Below, in pieces: positions 12,144-25,349 of a stretch of DNA of 64,000 nucleotides. Position 1 is the stretch's first letter; each line of letters begins with the position of its first letter. The notes beneath the pieces were generated by a model, which was not told the origin of the DNA, did no database searches, and saw nothing but the letters and a program-made list of their open reading frames with translations. Source of the stretch: Mobula hypostoma (lineage: Eukaryota). A program made the position numbers and the translations under genes. Where the stretch lies: the NCBI RefSeq assembly GCF_963921235.1, contig NC_086097.1:59150001-59214000 (forward strand), given 5' to 3'.

Positions 12144-13690
12144 CAGAATTCAAGAGCATCAAGGGGCAGGCAGAAGTGTGTGAAGTTGTCATTACTCAGG
12201 AGAAAGTGCCTGAGAAATTGAAAAGGTCTGAAGGCAGATAAGTCACCTGGACCAGATGGTCTACACCCCAGGGTTCTGAAAGAAGTGGCTGAAGAGATTG
12301 TGGAGGCATTTCCAGAATCACTAGATTCTGGCATGGTTCCGGAGGAATGGAAAATTGCAAATGTCATTCCACTCTTCACAATGGGAGAGAGGCAGATGAA
12401 AGGACATTATAAGCCTGTTAGCCTGACCTCAGTGGTTGGGAAGAGTTGGAGTTGATTGTTGAGGATGTGGTTTCAAAATAGTTGGAGGCAACTGATAAAA
12501 TAGGTCAGTGTCAGCATGGCTTCCTTAAGAGAAAATCTTACCTGACAAATCTGTTGGAATTCTGTGAAGAGAAACAAGCAAGATAGACAACAGGGAATCG
12601 GTTGATGTTGTGTCTTTGAATTTTCAGAAGGCCATTGACAAGGTGCCACAAATGAGGCTGCTTAACAAATTAAGAGCCCATGGTATTGCAGGAAAGATAC
12701 TAGCATGGATAAAGTATTGGCTAATTGGCAAAAGACAAAGAGTGGGAATAAAGTGAGCCTCTTTCTGGTTGGCTGCCAGTGACTGGTGATGTTCCACAAG
12801 GATATGAGTTGGGACCGCTTCATTTTACATTATACATCAATGACTCATATGATGGAACTGATGACTTTGTGGCAAAGTTTGTGGATGATACAAAGATAGC
12901 TGAAGGGTCAGGTAGTTTTGTGGAAGAAGAGAGGCTTTAGAGTAGTTAGATAGTTTTGGAGATCAGGCAAAGTAGTGGCAGATGGAATCTGAGGTGCAAA
13001 AGGTCCTGTAAGTCTTTGTGCAAGATGTACTACAGGTTAATTGAGGTGAGGAAGGCAAATGCGATGTTAGCATTCATTTCAAGAGGACTAGAATATAAAA
13101 TCAAGAATGCAATATTGTGGCATTAAAAGCATTAGCGAGGCCTCACTTGGAGTATTGTGAGCAGTTTTGGGCCCCTTATCTATGAAAGGATGTGCCGATA
13201 TTGGAGAAGGTTCAAAGCAGGTTCACAGAAATGCTTCCAGGATTGAAAGGCTAGTCATATTTGGCTCTGGGCCTCTACTCACTGGAATTCAGAAGAATGA
13301 GGGGTGACCTCATTGAAACCTATCGAATAGTGAAAGGCCTAGATAGAGTGGATGTGGAGAGGATGTTCCCTATGGTGAGGGAGTCTAAGACCAGAGGACA
13401 TAACCACAGAATAGAGGGGAGTCCTTTTGGAACGGAGATGAGGAGGAATTTTTTTAGCCAGAGTGGTGAATCTGTGGAATTCTTTGCCACTGTGGAGCAG
13501 TGCAGGCCAAGTCTTTCTATATACTTAAGGCGGAGGTTGATAGATTCTTGATTAGTCAGGGCATGAAGAGATACAGAGAGAAGGCAGGTGATTTGAGCTG
13601 AGAGGGAAAATGGATCAGCCATGATGAAATGGTGAATAAGACTCGATAGGCCAAATGGCCTAATTCTGCTCCTATATCTTATGGTCTTAT
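12144..13690 (+). mobile_element. 5'-truncated, decayed CR1 LINE (RT and 3' end)
   Basis: DKSPGPDGLHPRVLKE, a KFVDDTK-like motif and LGLYSLEFRRMRGDLIETY; tail tcttatggtcttat. Confidence 0.92.
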
Positions 13691-16600
13691 AGTTTATTAA
13701 CTCAACTTATCAACCAGATCAAGATCATTCCAAATAACTACTACTGAAACGCCATATATTAATTCTCAAACCTGCCCATCAGCTTTAATGAAGTTAGCCT
13801 TTGGTGCCATATTTGACTCTGATATTGAACTGATCTTCAGAACACCGGTTTAACAAACTAAATCTGTCCTGTTTTGGATTGCAGATTATAATGCATCTTT
13901 TTCTTTTAGTCTTTTTTTGGCTGTGCTTATACTGTAGAAGGTGATTGTGATTATAAAGCCACCAGCAGAGAACAGAGTTATCAAACTGATCGATTTTCAG
14001 CGGCTTGCTTTGTCTTGTAATTAATTAGTAATGGACAATCAGACTTCAGTGATGCATGTATACGGAACTATTTTCTGCCTGTAAGTGAGACCACTTTAGT
14101 TAATATGTTAAACCATTCAACTGCATAGCATAGTGCCATTTCAAAATGTAGAATCTGCACATGTGCTGGAATTTTCATGAGCACGGCAAACCAGAAGTTC
14201 CCATGCACTATTCTAGGGGAATTGAACAATGAGCAAGGTACCTGAGCATAATCAGCCATGTAAAGCTCCACAGTCGATGAAAAGTAGATCAAATGGTTTT
14301 AATGTATTTCACTACCTGAAGGACCTGGAGGTGAAGGTGTCTCTGCAGCTGAGACTTTACACATCATGAATCCTGTGAGACTCTATGCTGTATTTTGTAG
14401 TCAATGATCTGACATTGCATCAAACATATCTGCAATGCACCATTTATCAAGGCTGACAATTTTGTTTAATGCCCCATGGACAAATACTTCTTCTAAATGT
14501 AAAAAAGATTTCAGCTTGTTCAGACTGGCAGGTTTACAAAGTGTTGCCTTCATGTTCTTATCAGCACATATAGGAAGTGCAATGACTTAGATCTGCAAAA
14601 CATATGTATCCAATAAGTGACCAGAGGTAGGTGAGTGTGCACGTAGACCAAGATATTCTAGCAGATGACATTCTGTTCAGATGGAGGAAATCCTATGCCT
14701 CTGCTCCTTTCACCATTTGAAGACTGGTTGCTGGGTGTTTCTGGTAGATATGGGGCAACAGACACACTCCTGTGGGTGTAGATGTGCAAGTTCTAATCTC
14801 AGAGGTCTGACAGATCAATTCACAGTGCAAAGATTTCTCCATGGAGACCTGCACATTGGCCCATTCGACTATTAGATGCATCCTCCAGTTTGGTAATCAA
14901 CAACAAAGACAGCAGAATGAATAGTCTTAGTTAGAACTGAGAAACTATTTTCTGAGAATCTGCCCTATGTGTTTGCTCAGCAGAATACTAAGGAGCTCCT
15001 TAATAATTATTTATCAGTCCAGAGATGTTAATGTGTCAGTGACCACAGAGTTGATCTTTAGGGACTGCAGCTGTGGAAAGAATGCCTCCCCTTTAACAGT
15101 GATGACTTCCCTTCAATAAAATACAAAGAAGACAATCCCTGGTGACTGCATGCGGATTTTATGCTTAAGGGTCAATTTATATTTGCATCCTAAAGCTCTC
15201 TACACAAGATCTCATGCTATGGCCCTTCTCCTTTGTTTCTTCTTCTCAGTCACATGTGAATAACAAACCACCTGATAGCATGAAACATTTATCCCCACAT
15301 GGCACTTCTTAATGTTGGAATGCAGACTTTCTCTGTGCATGTAACTTTGTTGAAGCAAGACAAATGCAAAGACTGAATTCATCAGATGAACCTGGAGGAA
15401 TTTTATCTAGATGCAGGGCAGACGAACAAAAGACCTTTCAGTGGTGAGCTACAATTGGAGTTAGTTTGCTGAGGGCATGGCTATTGCCTCAATGTCTCAA
15501 TGACTTCACCTCTGAACACGTGCTGTAGTGTACCCCGTATGCCCATCTTTCCAATGTTAACTCCTTCTTTTACAGATAGCCTATGATGCTGAGTGCCTTT
15601 CATTTGTACGGAAGAAGGTCAAATCTCTCAGTTATATACATATCATAGAAAATAGGTGCATGAAAATTTGAAGGATCATAACAGAAGCAGAGATTGGGTT
15701 GGTAGCGGCAAATTCAATGGGGAATTTTTCAGGATGTTGTACTACAGGAATGTTGATGGAGTGACAGCTGTGTGCAAGAGGTTCAGTGTTGCAAGATTTT
15801 GATACTAATAGCAGAGGAAGCATTAAAATATTTTGGAAAAACAACATATTTCTTACAGTATCTTTAACAGAAAGCATTTCCATTAACTCTTGAAATGATC
15901 AATGATGCAATTTAATAAATATAGCAGCCTATAAGGTAAATTTCTAACCTAGTACTTGCTGTATATCATTTTAGCCTTTTCAGGATTTACATTAGGTTCT
16001 ATTTCTTCAAGTGTTATTTAAAAAATAAGGGGATGTTGTTGATCTGTGACAGAATTTGCTGTATGTTAAGAGTAATGATTTCATCATAGGGGTTGAAATG
16101 ATACTATGACTAATCTAGATTAGCCACTGATTTAAGGAAAACAAGTTTATGATTTGAAAAGTGGAATTAGTTCCAAGAAGGAACATAATGGAATAATGGC
16201 TACATGCTCAGAATGAAAGGGGCAAGAAACTGGGGAAAAAGGAATGATGGATTATAGATACACTGAGAAAAAAATGTTATTACTTTCACACTAATTACTT
16301 TCTATTCTAATTACCTTCAGGAAGCTAATTGTATATTCTGGCTCCAGGTAGTCACTATAAATCCAGGGAAATAAATGTTGATTTTCATTTCTATTCTGCA
16401 GGCAGTGATTTCCAACTGAAGTGCAGTCTCCATTTCATCCACGGCTCAATAGTGATAGAAGACAGGATATTTGATCAAAGTAAAGGAAAGTTAGGTCTTG
16501 TTATATCAGTTCAATTTACACATGCACTCTTCCAAGGGTCACTGAGCTTCACAAAGCAATGAGAACCCTGCATGTCCTTCTCTTTACTCAGTCATTGCTA

Positions 16601-18099
16601 TGATCCTACCATTATTTCAGCTGAAACTTAACTCAGGGCAGATCAAAGATCAAGCCTTTCTGAACTGCATGGTGTGATACTCGGAGGGAAAACACAAGCA
16701 GCCAGGGGAATCTGAGGATTTAATTTCCGGTGCTGGTAAAATTGTTCAAATGATGTAAGGATAACTGTGAAATTCAGTTCAATTACCTCTGGAGTTCAGC
16801 TTAGTGTGATTAACATGGTGAAATTTTACCATTAAATAGCTACTGACTATATTTCAAATACTGTACATCATTGGTTTAACAGGAGAAATACATACAGGAT
16901 AAGCTCTGTTATTGAATAATAATCAAAGTGACAAAATCAGCTTTGGTATCTCTTTCTTTTCCATTTATTTCTTGCAGAATCCTGGCAAGCACATGGTGAA
17001 ATATATGGACTGCTAATGTTATATTTTCCTTTTGTGTCACTGCAGCAGTTGCCTTGCAAAATGGGACATGAAAGCAAACAGAAGTGAAAGAGATAAATGA
17101 TTATCCGTTTGGTGTGGGAAGAACAACTTGTTTCTGACTTGGTGTGTTTTCCAATTACACTGGTTAGCAAAATAGAACTGCAGTTCAAAGTTGCTGAAAA
17201 AATGTTTTCCCCCGTCACACAATTTTATCTGTAATAATACAGTACCCTCAGCATTATTAGCACTGTTATAGGGGGATTATTATTTTATAGGTGCAGCTTA
17301 TACTGTACCTGTTGTGGAGTAAGCACGCCCTGGTGTACAGAATGCACACCATCCTGATGAATGGGTGTACCAAATATTTTTTTGACACCATGAGAATATC
17401 CACGCTTCAGTTGATTTCCTTAAAGCTCCAAGCATATTTGCCTTGCCCCTCATTAACAACAAGCACAAAGAAAATTCCCAATGGTGGATATCTAGCTACA
17501 ACATAGCAACTCAAAAAGATCTGAGCAGTAATAGGCCAATCAGTCCCTTGCATCTCATCTACCGTGCAGCAAGGTTGTGCTTTGCTGAAAGATAAGTACA
17601 AGGGAGTAAGTCAGATCTAGGGTTGATCTACAATCTGTTTCAAGTATCCTCTTATCCACTTTTGCCCCATTTCTGTTAACATCTTTGGTTTGCAAAAATC
17701 CCAGATTTAAACATGACTGCAAACAACAGTGCACACCCTCCCCGCCCCACTGCCATTCACATAGAGTGGCTTAAGTTCGATTTCTGAATGGCTTGACTCT
17801 AAATCTTACTCTGTGTCATCCAGTCTGCACCAGTCTACACTCCAAATAGATGAGATTGTGTAGATGGACAGCAAACATCATTCATCCAAATATTTAGAAG
17901 AGGTTAGGGACTTTGCTGAAGCAATTCTGAAGCATCTTCTTCCATGTAGGTTCCATTATTTTCTGTTACTATTGATCAAATGCCATCCACAACCTTATTG
18001 CCTATGTCCTCAGACCACCCCAGTTATCAACTCCCAAAGTAGCTAATTCCTCCACATACAGTCATCAGTGTACCCTACCTGCTTTATATGTGCTCTAAG

Positions 18100-19078
18100 A
18101 TCCCCTGATTCCCACCAGCTTAATCATCTCTATCTCCCATGGGATCCCACCACCAAGCACATTCGTCACTCCCCTCCACTTCTTACTTTCCGCAGGGATC
18201 GCTCCCTACGCAACTCCCCTGTCCTTTCATCACTCCCCATCGATCTCACTCCTGGTACTTATCCTCGCAAGCACAACAAGTGCTATATCTGTCCCTACAC
18301 CTCCTCCATCACTACCATTCAGAGCGCCAAACGGTCCGTCCAGGTGAGGCGACACTTCATCTGTGAATCTGTTGTGGCCATCTACTACATCCAGTACTCC
18401 TGGTGTGGCCTCTTGTATATCGGTGAGACCCAATGTAGATTGGGAGACTGCTTTGCTGAGCACCCACGCTCTGTCCACCAGAAAAAGCAGAATCTCCCAG
18501 TGACCACCCATGTTAATTCCACTTCCCATTCCTATTCTGACATGTCCATCCATGCCCTCTGCTACTGTCGTGATGAGGCCACACTCCACTCAAGTTGGAG
18601 GAAAAACACCTTATATTGTCTGGGTAGCCTCCAACCTGGTGGCATGAACATCGATTTCTCAAACTTCCAGTAATGTCCCCCCACCCACTTCACAATTCCC
18701 TTTTCCCTCTCTCACCTTATCTCCTTGGCTGCCCATTGCCTCCCTCTGGTGCTCCTCCCCCTTTTCTTACTTCTGTGATCTTCTGTCCTCTCCAATTAGG
18801 TTCCCCCTTCTCTGGCCCTGTATCTCTTTTACCAATCAACTTCCCAGCTCTTTACTTCACTCTCCCCCTACCAGTTTCACATATCACCTTGAGCTTCTCC
18901 CTCTCCTGCCTCCATCTTTTAAATCTACTCATCCTTTTTTCTCCAGTCCTGCTGAAGGATCTCGGCCTGAAACATCAACTGTACTTTTTTCCATAGATGC
19001 TGCCTGGCCTGCTGAGTTCCTCCAGCATTTTGTGTGTGTTGCTTGGATTTCCAGCATCTGCAGATCTTCCCTTGTTTT
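18100..19078 (+). mobile_element. Penelope 3' fragment with GIY-YIG endonuclease and pseudo-LTR
   Basis: ORF 18068-18673 contains CYICPY..HFICES..AIYYIQYSWCGLLYIGET..RLGDCFAEH..LGSLQPGGMN. Decayed hammerhead at 18945-18980 (CTGCTGA..GAAACATC). Confidence 0.92.
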
Positions 19079-19109
19079 TTATTGATCAACCCTTTCACCT
19101 ATTGTCGTC

Positions 19110-19600
19110 TTCAAAGTTCAAAGTAAAATTTATTATCATAGGGTATTTGTCATCACACACAACCCTGAGATTCTTTTTCCTATGGGCATACTTAGCAGAT
19201 CTATAGGACAGCAAATGTAAGCAGATCGATGAACAACAAACTGTGCAAATGCCAATATAAGTAAATAGCAATAAATAACAAAAGCATGAAGTAACAAGGT
19301 AAAGAGTCCTTTAATTATACTATTGGTTGTGGGAACACTAGAAATAGAACGAGTATGGTTGTCCCCTTTTGTTCAAGGACCTGATGGTTGACTGGTAGTA
19401 ACTGTTCTTGAACCTGCTGGTGCGAGTCCAAAGGCACTTGTACCTTCTACCTGATGGCAACAGTGAGAAAAGGGCATGGCCTAGGTGGTGAGAATCTTTA
19501 ATGATGGGTGCAGCTTTTCTAGGGCAATGATTCATGTAGATATGCTCAATGGTTGGGAGGGCTTTACCTGTGAAGTACTGGGCTGAATCCATTACCTTTT
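19110..19600 (-). mobile_element. Rex1/Babar-like LINE 3' fragment
   Basis: LPTIEHIY..KAAPIIKDSHHLGHALFSLLPSGRRY..RTSRFKNSYY; (ttcaaag)n tail at 19110. Confidence 0.85.
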
Positions 19601-20850
19601 AACCTAATAATCTAATAACCAAAATTTTTCTCCCTCCTATTATCTCTACTCATCCTGCTTCCCTAAGTATTTACAGCCATATATCATAGTCCTGAACTTT
19701 GCAACGCCAGTTTCCTCTCCTTTATCTTCACTACCACCTCCATCAGATTCACACGCCCTCCCCCCAGCAATACTTGCTCCATTCCCATAGCCCTGGTCTC
19801 ATTCTTGATCAGCTTACTTGTCCCACACCCCATTTGGTTTATTAATGCAATCTGTGATCTGCAGTTTCTGTAATGAGAAAGTTGGTGGAGTTTGTCTGAG
19901 TTTAACCACAGGAGATCGTTACTATCTGGCTCTAGCCTCGGGCACGATAGAACATTACACCAGTGGCCTCCGTACAAAAGTGGTACAGAGCCCTAGTGAG
20001 CCATTAGGCATGATGCAATTTCTAGTTTGTACTGAAGTTCCCTATTTTCGACCTTTCCCTTCACATAAATACAGTCTGAGCTCTCCTGAAGTAGAGGTAG
20101 TGACAAGATTTTCTGTGAACTAAAATCATCTTCAGAAAATGTCTCCCAAAAGTGCATGATTTTAAGTCTGTGTTCGAAGCAAGATACTCACTACTGGTAT
20201 GGAATCACTGTCACTGTCTGCGAAAAGGGTGACATTAAACGCTCCCCTAACTACAGTGCCTGTTGCCAAATGGCAGAAGTTCAAGACTCTCTCATCTTCC
20301 TGCTTGTTTTTGTGGGAATAATTATGACATCAGTGAACAAGACAACAAATGTATGTCACTGCACGATGGAAGGCTTGACAAATAAATCCTGCTTTTATTT
20401 CCTTTGTAGCATCCAATTGTATCAAAATTCAAGGCAAACTGACAGCCAGTGACATTTAAAGCTATCTCTGTCCTCAAAATAGTTTCCAGGTCTGCTGCAA
20501 AGCACAGTGTTGACCTTGGTCTCTTTTGGATTTGATACTTTCTGGGAGGAGAAACCCTTGCACATGTCGAAGGCCGATTTAGTTAGCCCGTACTTTCTGT
20601 AGCAGTGGCTTCTGTCTTGCCCCAACCTAAACTAGAGGTTCCACAAAATTCAAAGTCTTGAGGAATTCACAGGGTTTCTTTACCATTATCATTTTGTTAG
20701 AAACACAGGCTGAAATTCAATAAGTAAATCAACCTTTACGTTTTTATCACTCAGGATGAAGATATTGAATACTATTTTATCTTGTTGTAACCTGAAATAT
20801 TACCTTGAACAGCTGTTCAGTCTGCAGGTATTGCCATGCAGTTTTTCCTT

Positions 20851-21332
20851 ATAGAAACATAGAAACATAGAAAATAGGTGCAGGAGTAGGCCATTCGGCC
20901 CTTCGAGCCTGCACCGCCATTTATTATGATCATGGCTGATCATCCAACTCAGAACCCAGCCTTCCCTCCATACCCCCTGACCCCTGTAGCCACAAGGGCC
21001 ATATCTAACTTCCTTTTAAACATAGCTAATGAACTGGCCTCAACAGTTTGCTGTGGCAGAGAATTCCACAGATTCACCACTCTCTGTGTGAAGAAGTTTT
21101 TCCTAACCTCGGTCCTAAAAGGCTTCCCCTCTATCCTCAAACTGTGACCCCTCGTTCTAGACCTCCCCAACATCGGGAACAATCTTCCCGCATCTAGCCT
21201 GTCCAATCCCTTTAGGATCTTATACGTTTCAATCAGATCCCCCCTCAATCTTCTAAATTCCAACGAGTACAAGCCCAGTTCATCCAGTCTTTCTTCATAT
21301 GAAAGACCTGCCATCCCAGGAATCAATCTGGT
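20851..21332 (-). mobile_element. Young 5'-truncated CR1 3' end
   Basis: (tagaaaca)n tail; RLIPGMAGLSYEERLDELGLYSLEFRRLRGDLIE; nearly identical to 57898-58385. Confidence 0.95.
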
Positions 21333-21699
21333 ACTTTGGAAATTGAAAGGACTTGTAATAAAATTCTCTAGACCACAACAGGGCATAGGAATCAGAAACG
21401 GCACGGAGAAAAGGGGAAGGATGTGGATTTGGGTAACACTGAATGAATGATTTTTGCATGTGTCTATCAGAAGATAGCTAGAAAGGATACAAATGACTGT
21501 TTCCATGGCAACGCTATCTATCTGATAAAATGGGTGCTGTGAAAAAGCAGTTATTGAGAATTCCAAGTTCGGCTGAGGGATGGAAATGGCAGTAGCATTG
21601 AATCCCACACAACACTGTTGAATGGGTTAGAGATGCACAGCATATCCATGGCAAATGAAGTAACCATTCAGAGCAGGAAATGTGGAATATCTGAGGGAA

Positions 21700-22030
21700 G
21701 TGCTGAGACAAGAGACTGGAGATTCTGGATCTGCAGCAAAACACCAAACAAATAAATGCTGGAGGAACTCGGTGGAACTCACACATAACTCCACAAACTT
21801 TCTCATCACAGAAACCGCTGATCACAGAAACGAAATGCTGGAGGAACTCATGCAGCAGCTCTGAGAGGATTTGAATCGTCAATGCTTTGGGTTGAAGCCT
21901 TGCACCAGGACTATCCTGATGCAGGGTCCAGAACTGGAATGTGAACAATTCCTTCTTCACCACCCATCCTCCCCATCTTAATGAATTTGCTCAACCCGCC
22001 GTGCTCCTCCAGCTGTTTGCTTGTTGTTTT
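21700..22030. mobile_element. Decayed palindromic Penelope pseudo-LTR derivative
   Basis: aaatgctggaggaactc occurs twice. Central inverted repeat tgcaccagga-cta-tcctgatgca at 21901-21923. Confidence 0.6.
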
Positions 22031-22398
22031 TTTGCATAGATGAATGCACAATCATAATCCAGCCCAGCACCATTTATTTTCTGGAAAATGTTAAATGATT
22101 TGTATCAAATAAAAGTGCTCAGTTGCTCAACTGTGAGAGTTTTCATTATTTTCTCCAATGTACAGCATAATGCTATAAGCCCATTCTTAAACTGCCACAT
22201 TTGCAGAAAAGTATAACATCCAGCGAGGTATTTAAATACTCCATTCAATTCAACATCAACACTCAACACTTGAATTGGAAACCAAACACTTAAAATAAAA
22301 TAACAATGCTTATCTCATATACAGAATGCAGTTGAATGTACAAGTAAGAAAAATGTAATAAGCCAAAAAATGCGTGAACAGCATTCAGTCGGGGTTTA

Positions 22399-22610
22399 GA
22401 GGCAAAAAGTAACTGTCTTCATTCAGGTCAAGGAGAAGGCTTTAAAAATCAGTGCTTCGTAGCAGAGTTTTTTTAGAGCTTGAACAGCAGCTGATCAGAG
22501 TTCTGAGGCAAAAAGTAATGGTGTATTCACCCAGGTTGATGTGGAAGCTTTAAAAATCAATGCTTTGTAGCTATTTTTTTTTTGGAGTTTGAACAGCAGC
22601 CAATCGGAGT
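22399..22610 (+). repeat. Two diverged ~106-bp tandem units in the putative CR1 5' UTR
   Basis: gaggcaaaaagtaa at 22399 and 22505, each followed by gctttaaaaatca..ttgaacagcagc. Confidence 0.85.
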
Positions 22611-25349
22611 TTGGGATTCATTAGCAAGGTCAAATAAAAAAGATAGGACAAACAAGCAGCCATCGTTGGAGTGGGGAGACATTTGGCTTTGGCCCAACAG
22701 GCTTGGATGTAAACATGTGTGGGTGATGTACATATCTGATAAGATTTTTTGTATTCATTCTTCATCTGTAAGTGTATAGTTAGCACAGTAAAAATGGCTC
22801 CAGGTCCTGCATATGGTTCTTTGTGTGAGATGTGGGAACTCTGGGAGAATTCCAGCCTGCTGAATAACCACATCTGCATCAGGTGCATTGAGCTGCTGCT
22901 CCTCAGAGAATGTATTTAAAAACCGGAGCTGCAACTCAATGACCTTCGGCTCATAAGGGGAACTGAGGAGATAACAGGAGCTACAGGGAGGTAGTCTCCC
23001 TTAGGTTGCAGGAGGCAGGTGAATGGGTGACTGTCAGGAGAGGGAAGAGAAATAAGTAGCCAGCACTGAATACACCAGTGGCTGTTTCCCTCAATAACAA
23101 GGATACGGTTTTGGACACTGTTGGGGAGGACAACCTATCGGGGGAAGCTGTAGCGATTGAGTCTCTGGTTCTGAGTCTGGCATTGTGGCTCAGGCGGGAA
23201 GGTGACAAGAGGAATGCAGTGGTGAAAGGAGATTCCATAGTTAGACAAGTAGATAGGAGAGTCTGTGGAGAGTCAATAAAGAGACCCAAATGGTATGTTG
23301 CCTCCCAGGTGTCAGGGATGTCTCAGATCTAATCCACGACATTCTAAAGGAGCAGGGTGAACTGCCAGATGTCTTCACAAATATTGGTAGCAAGGACATG
23401 GGAAGGAAAAGAGAAGAGGTCCTAAAGAGAGAATTTAGATACCTCGGTAGAAAACTGAAAAACAGGACCTCCAGGGCACCAATCTCTGAATTACTGTTTG
23501 TGCTACATGTCAGTAAGGAGAAGAATAGGATGATTTGGCAGATGAATGTGTGGCTGGGGAACTGGTGAAGGAGGCAGAGTTTCAGATTCATGGATCATTG
23601 GGATCTTTTCCAGGGAAGGTATGACCTGCGCATTAGGGACGGGCTACACTTGAACCCAAGGAGGAGCAACATCCTTGAGGGCCAGTTTGCTAGAGCTGTT
23701 GTGGGAGAAGGTGCGGGGTTTGAACTAATCAGGCAGGGGGATGAGAACTGGAGTGATAGGGCTGAGGATAAGGATGTTAGTCTACAGGAAGAGGTAGTGT
23801 ATAGTGAGACTGTTAGGAATGGCAAGCAGATGATAGGGCAAAATTACAGAAGGTGGGATGGGTTGCAGTGTAAAAGGGAACAAAACTGAAAAATACAAGA
23901 CTAAATGTGTTATATTTGAATGCATGTAGGATGCAAAGTAAGGCAGATGATCTTGTAGCACAATTGGAGATTGGCATTGTAGTTGGGAGGTTAATATCCA
24001 TGGTTACACAATCCTTTGAAAGGACAAGCAGGTAGGCAGAGGAAGTAGAGTAGCTCTGCTGGTAAAAGATGAAATCAAATCTTTAGAAAGAGGTGACATA
24101 GGCTTAGAAGATATAGAATCCTTATGGGTAGAATTAAGAAACTGCAAGGGTAATAGACACATCTCCGAACAGTGGCCAGGATATGGTCTATAAATTGCAG
24201 TGAGAGATAGAAAAAAGCATGTTAAAAAGGCAGTGAGGGATTTCAATATGCAGATAGATTGGGAAAATTAGGTTGATGCTGGATCCCAAGAGAGAATTTG
24301 TGGAATGCCTCTGAGGTGGCTTTTTGGAGCAGCTTGAGGTTGAGCCCACTAGGAGATCAATAATTCTGGATAGTGTGTTGTGCAATGAACCGAGTATGAT
24401 TAGAGAGCTGAAGGTAAAGGAACCCTTGGAAACAATGAACATAATTTGATAGAATTCACCCTACAATCTGAGAGGAGAAGTTAAAATCAAACATATTAGT
24501 ATTACAGCAAAGTAAAGGGAATTACAGAGGCATGAGAGAAGAGCTGGCTAAAGTTGATTGGAAAAGGGCACTCACAGGGATGATGGTAGAGCAGCAATGA
24601 ATGGAGTTTCTGGAAGCAATTTGGAAGGCGCAGGAAAAATGCATCCCAAAGGAAAAGAAGTATTCTAATGTCAGGATGACTCAACCATAGCTGACAAAGG
24701 AAGTCAAAGTCAATATAAAAGCAAAAGTGAAGGCAGGGAATAGAGCAAAAATTAATGGGAAGTTAGAGGATTTGGAAATTTTTAAAAGCCAATAGAAGGC
24801 AACAAAAAAAACTATAAGGAGAGAAAAGATGAAATATGAAGGTAAGCAAGCTAATAATATCAAAAATGATACCAAAAGTTGTTTTCAGATATATGAAGAG
24901 TAAAAGGGAGGTGACAGTAGATATTGGATTGCTGGAAAATAATGCTGTAGAGATAGTAACAAGGGACATGGAAATTGTGGATGAACTGAATAAGTATTTT
25001 GCATCAGTCTTCACTGTGGAAGACACTAGTAGTATACCATAGGCTCAAGAGTGTCAAGGGGCAGAAGTGAGTGCACTTGCTTTGACTGGGGTGATGCTGC
25101 TCGGGAAAGTGAAAGGTTATGACTTTGGAAATTGAAAGCGAAGGTAGATAGGTCACCTGGAGTTGATCCACTACACCCAGGGTTCTGAAGGAGCTGGCTG
25201 AAGAGATTGTTTAGGCATTACCATAGAAAACCATAGAAACTACAGCACAGAACCAAGCCTTTTGGCGCTTCTTGGCTGTGCCGAACCATTTTCTGCCTAG
25301 TCCCACTGACCTGCACACGGGCCATATCCCTCCATACACCTCCCATCCA

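Noticed and set aside
17291..17601. Possible host exon (Cys-rich frame; splice-like sites)
   Set aside because: Frames are short or stop early, and I recognised no protein similarity.
18945..18980. Active hammerheads at 18945, ~40505 and ~55915
   Set aside because: Core nucleotides are mutated or missing (CTGCTGA; no GAAA; CCAATGA).
20949..21608. 219-aa ORF as a chimeric gene
   Set aside because: It is chance read-through from flanking DNA into a truncated CR1 C-terminus.
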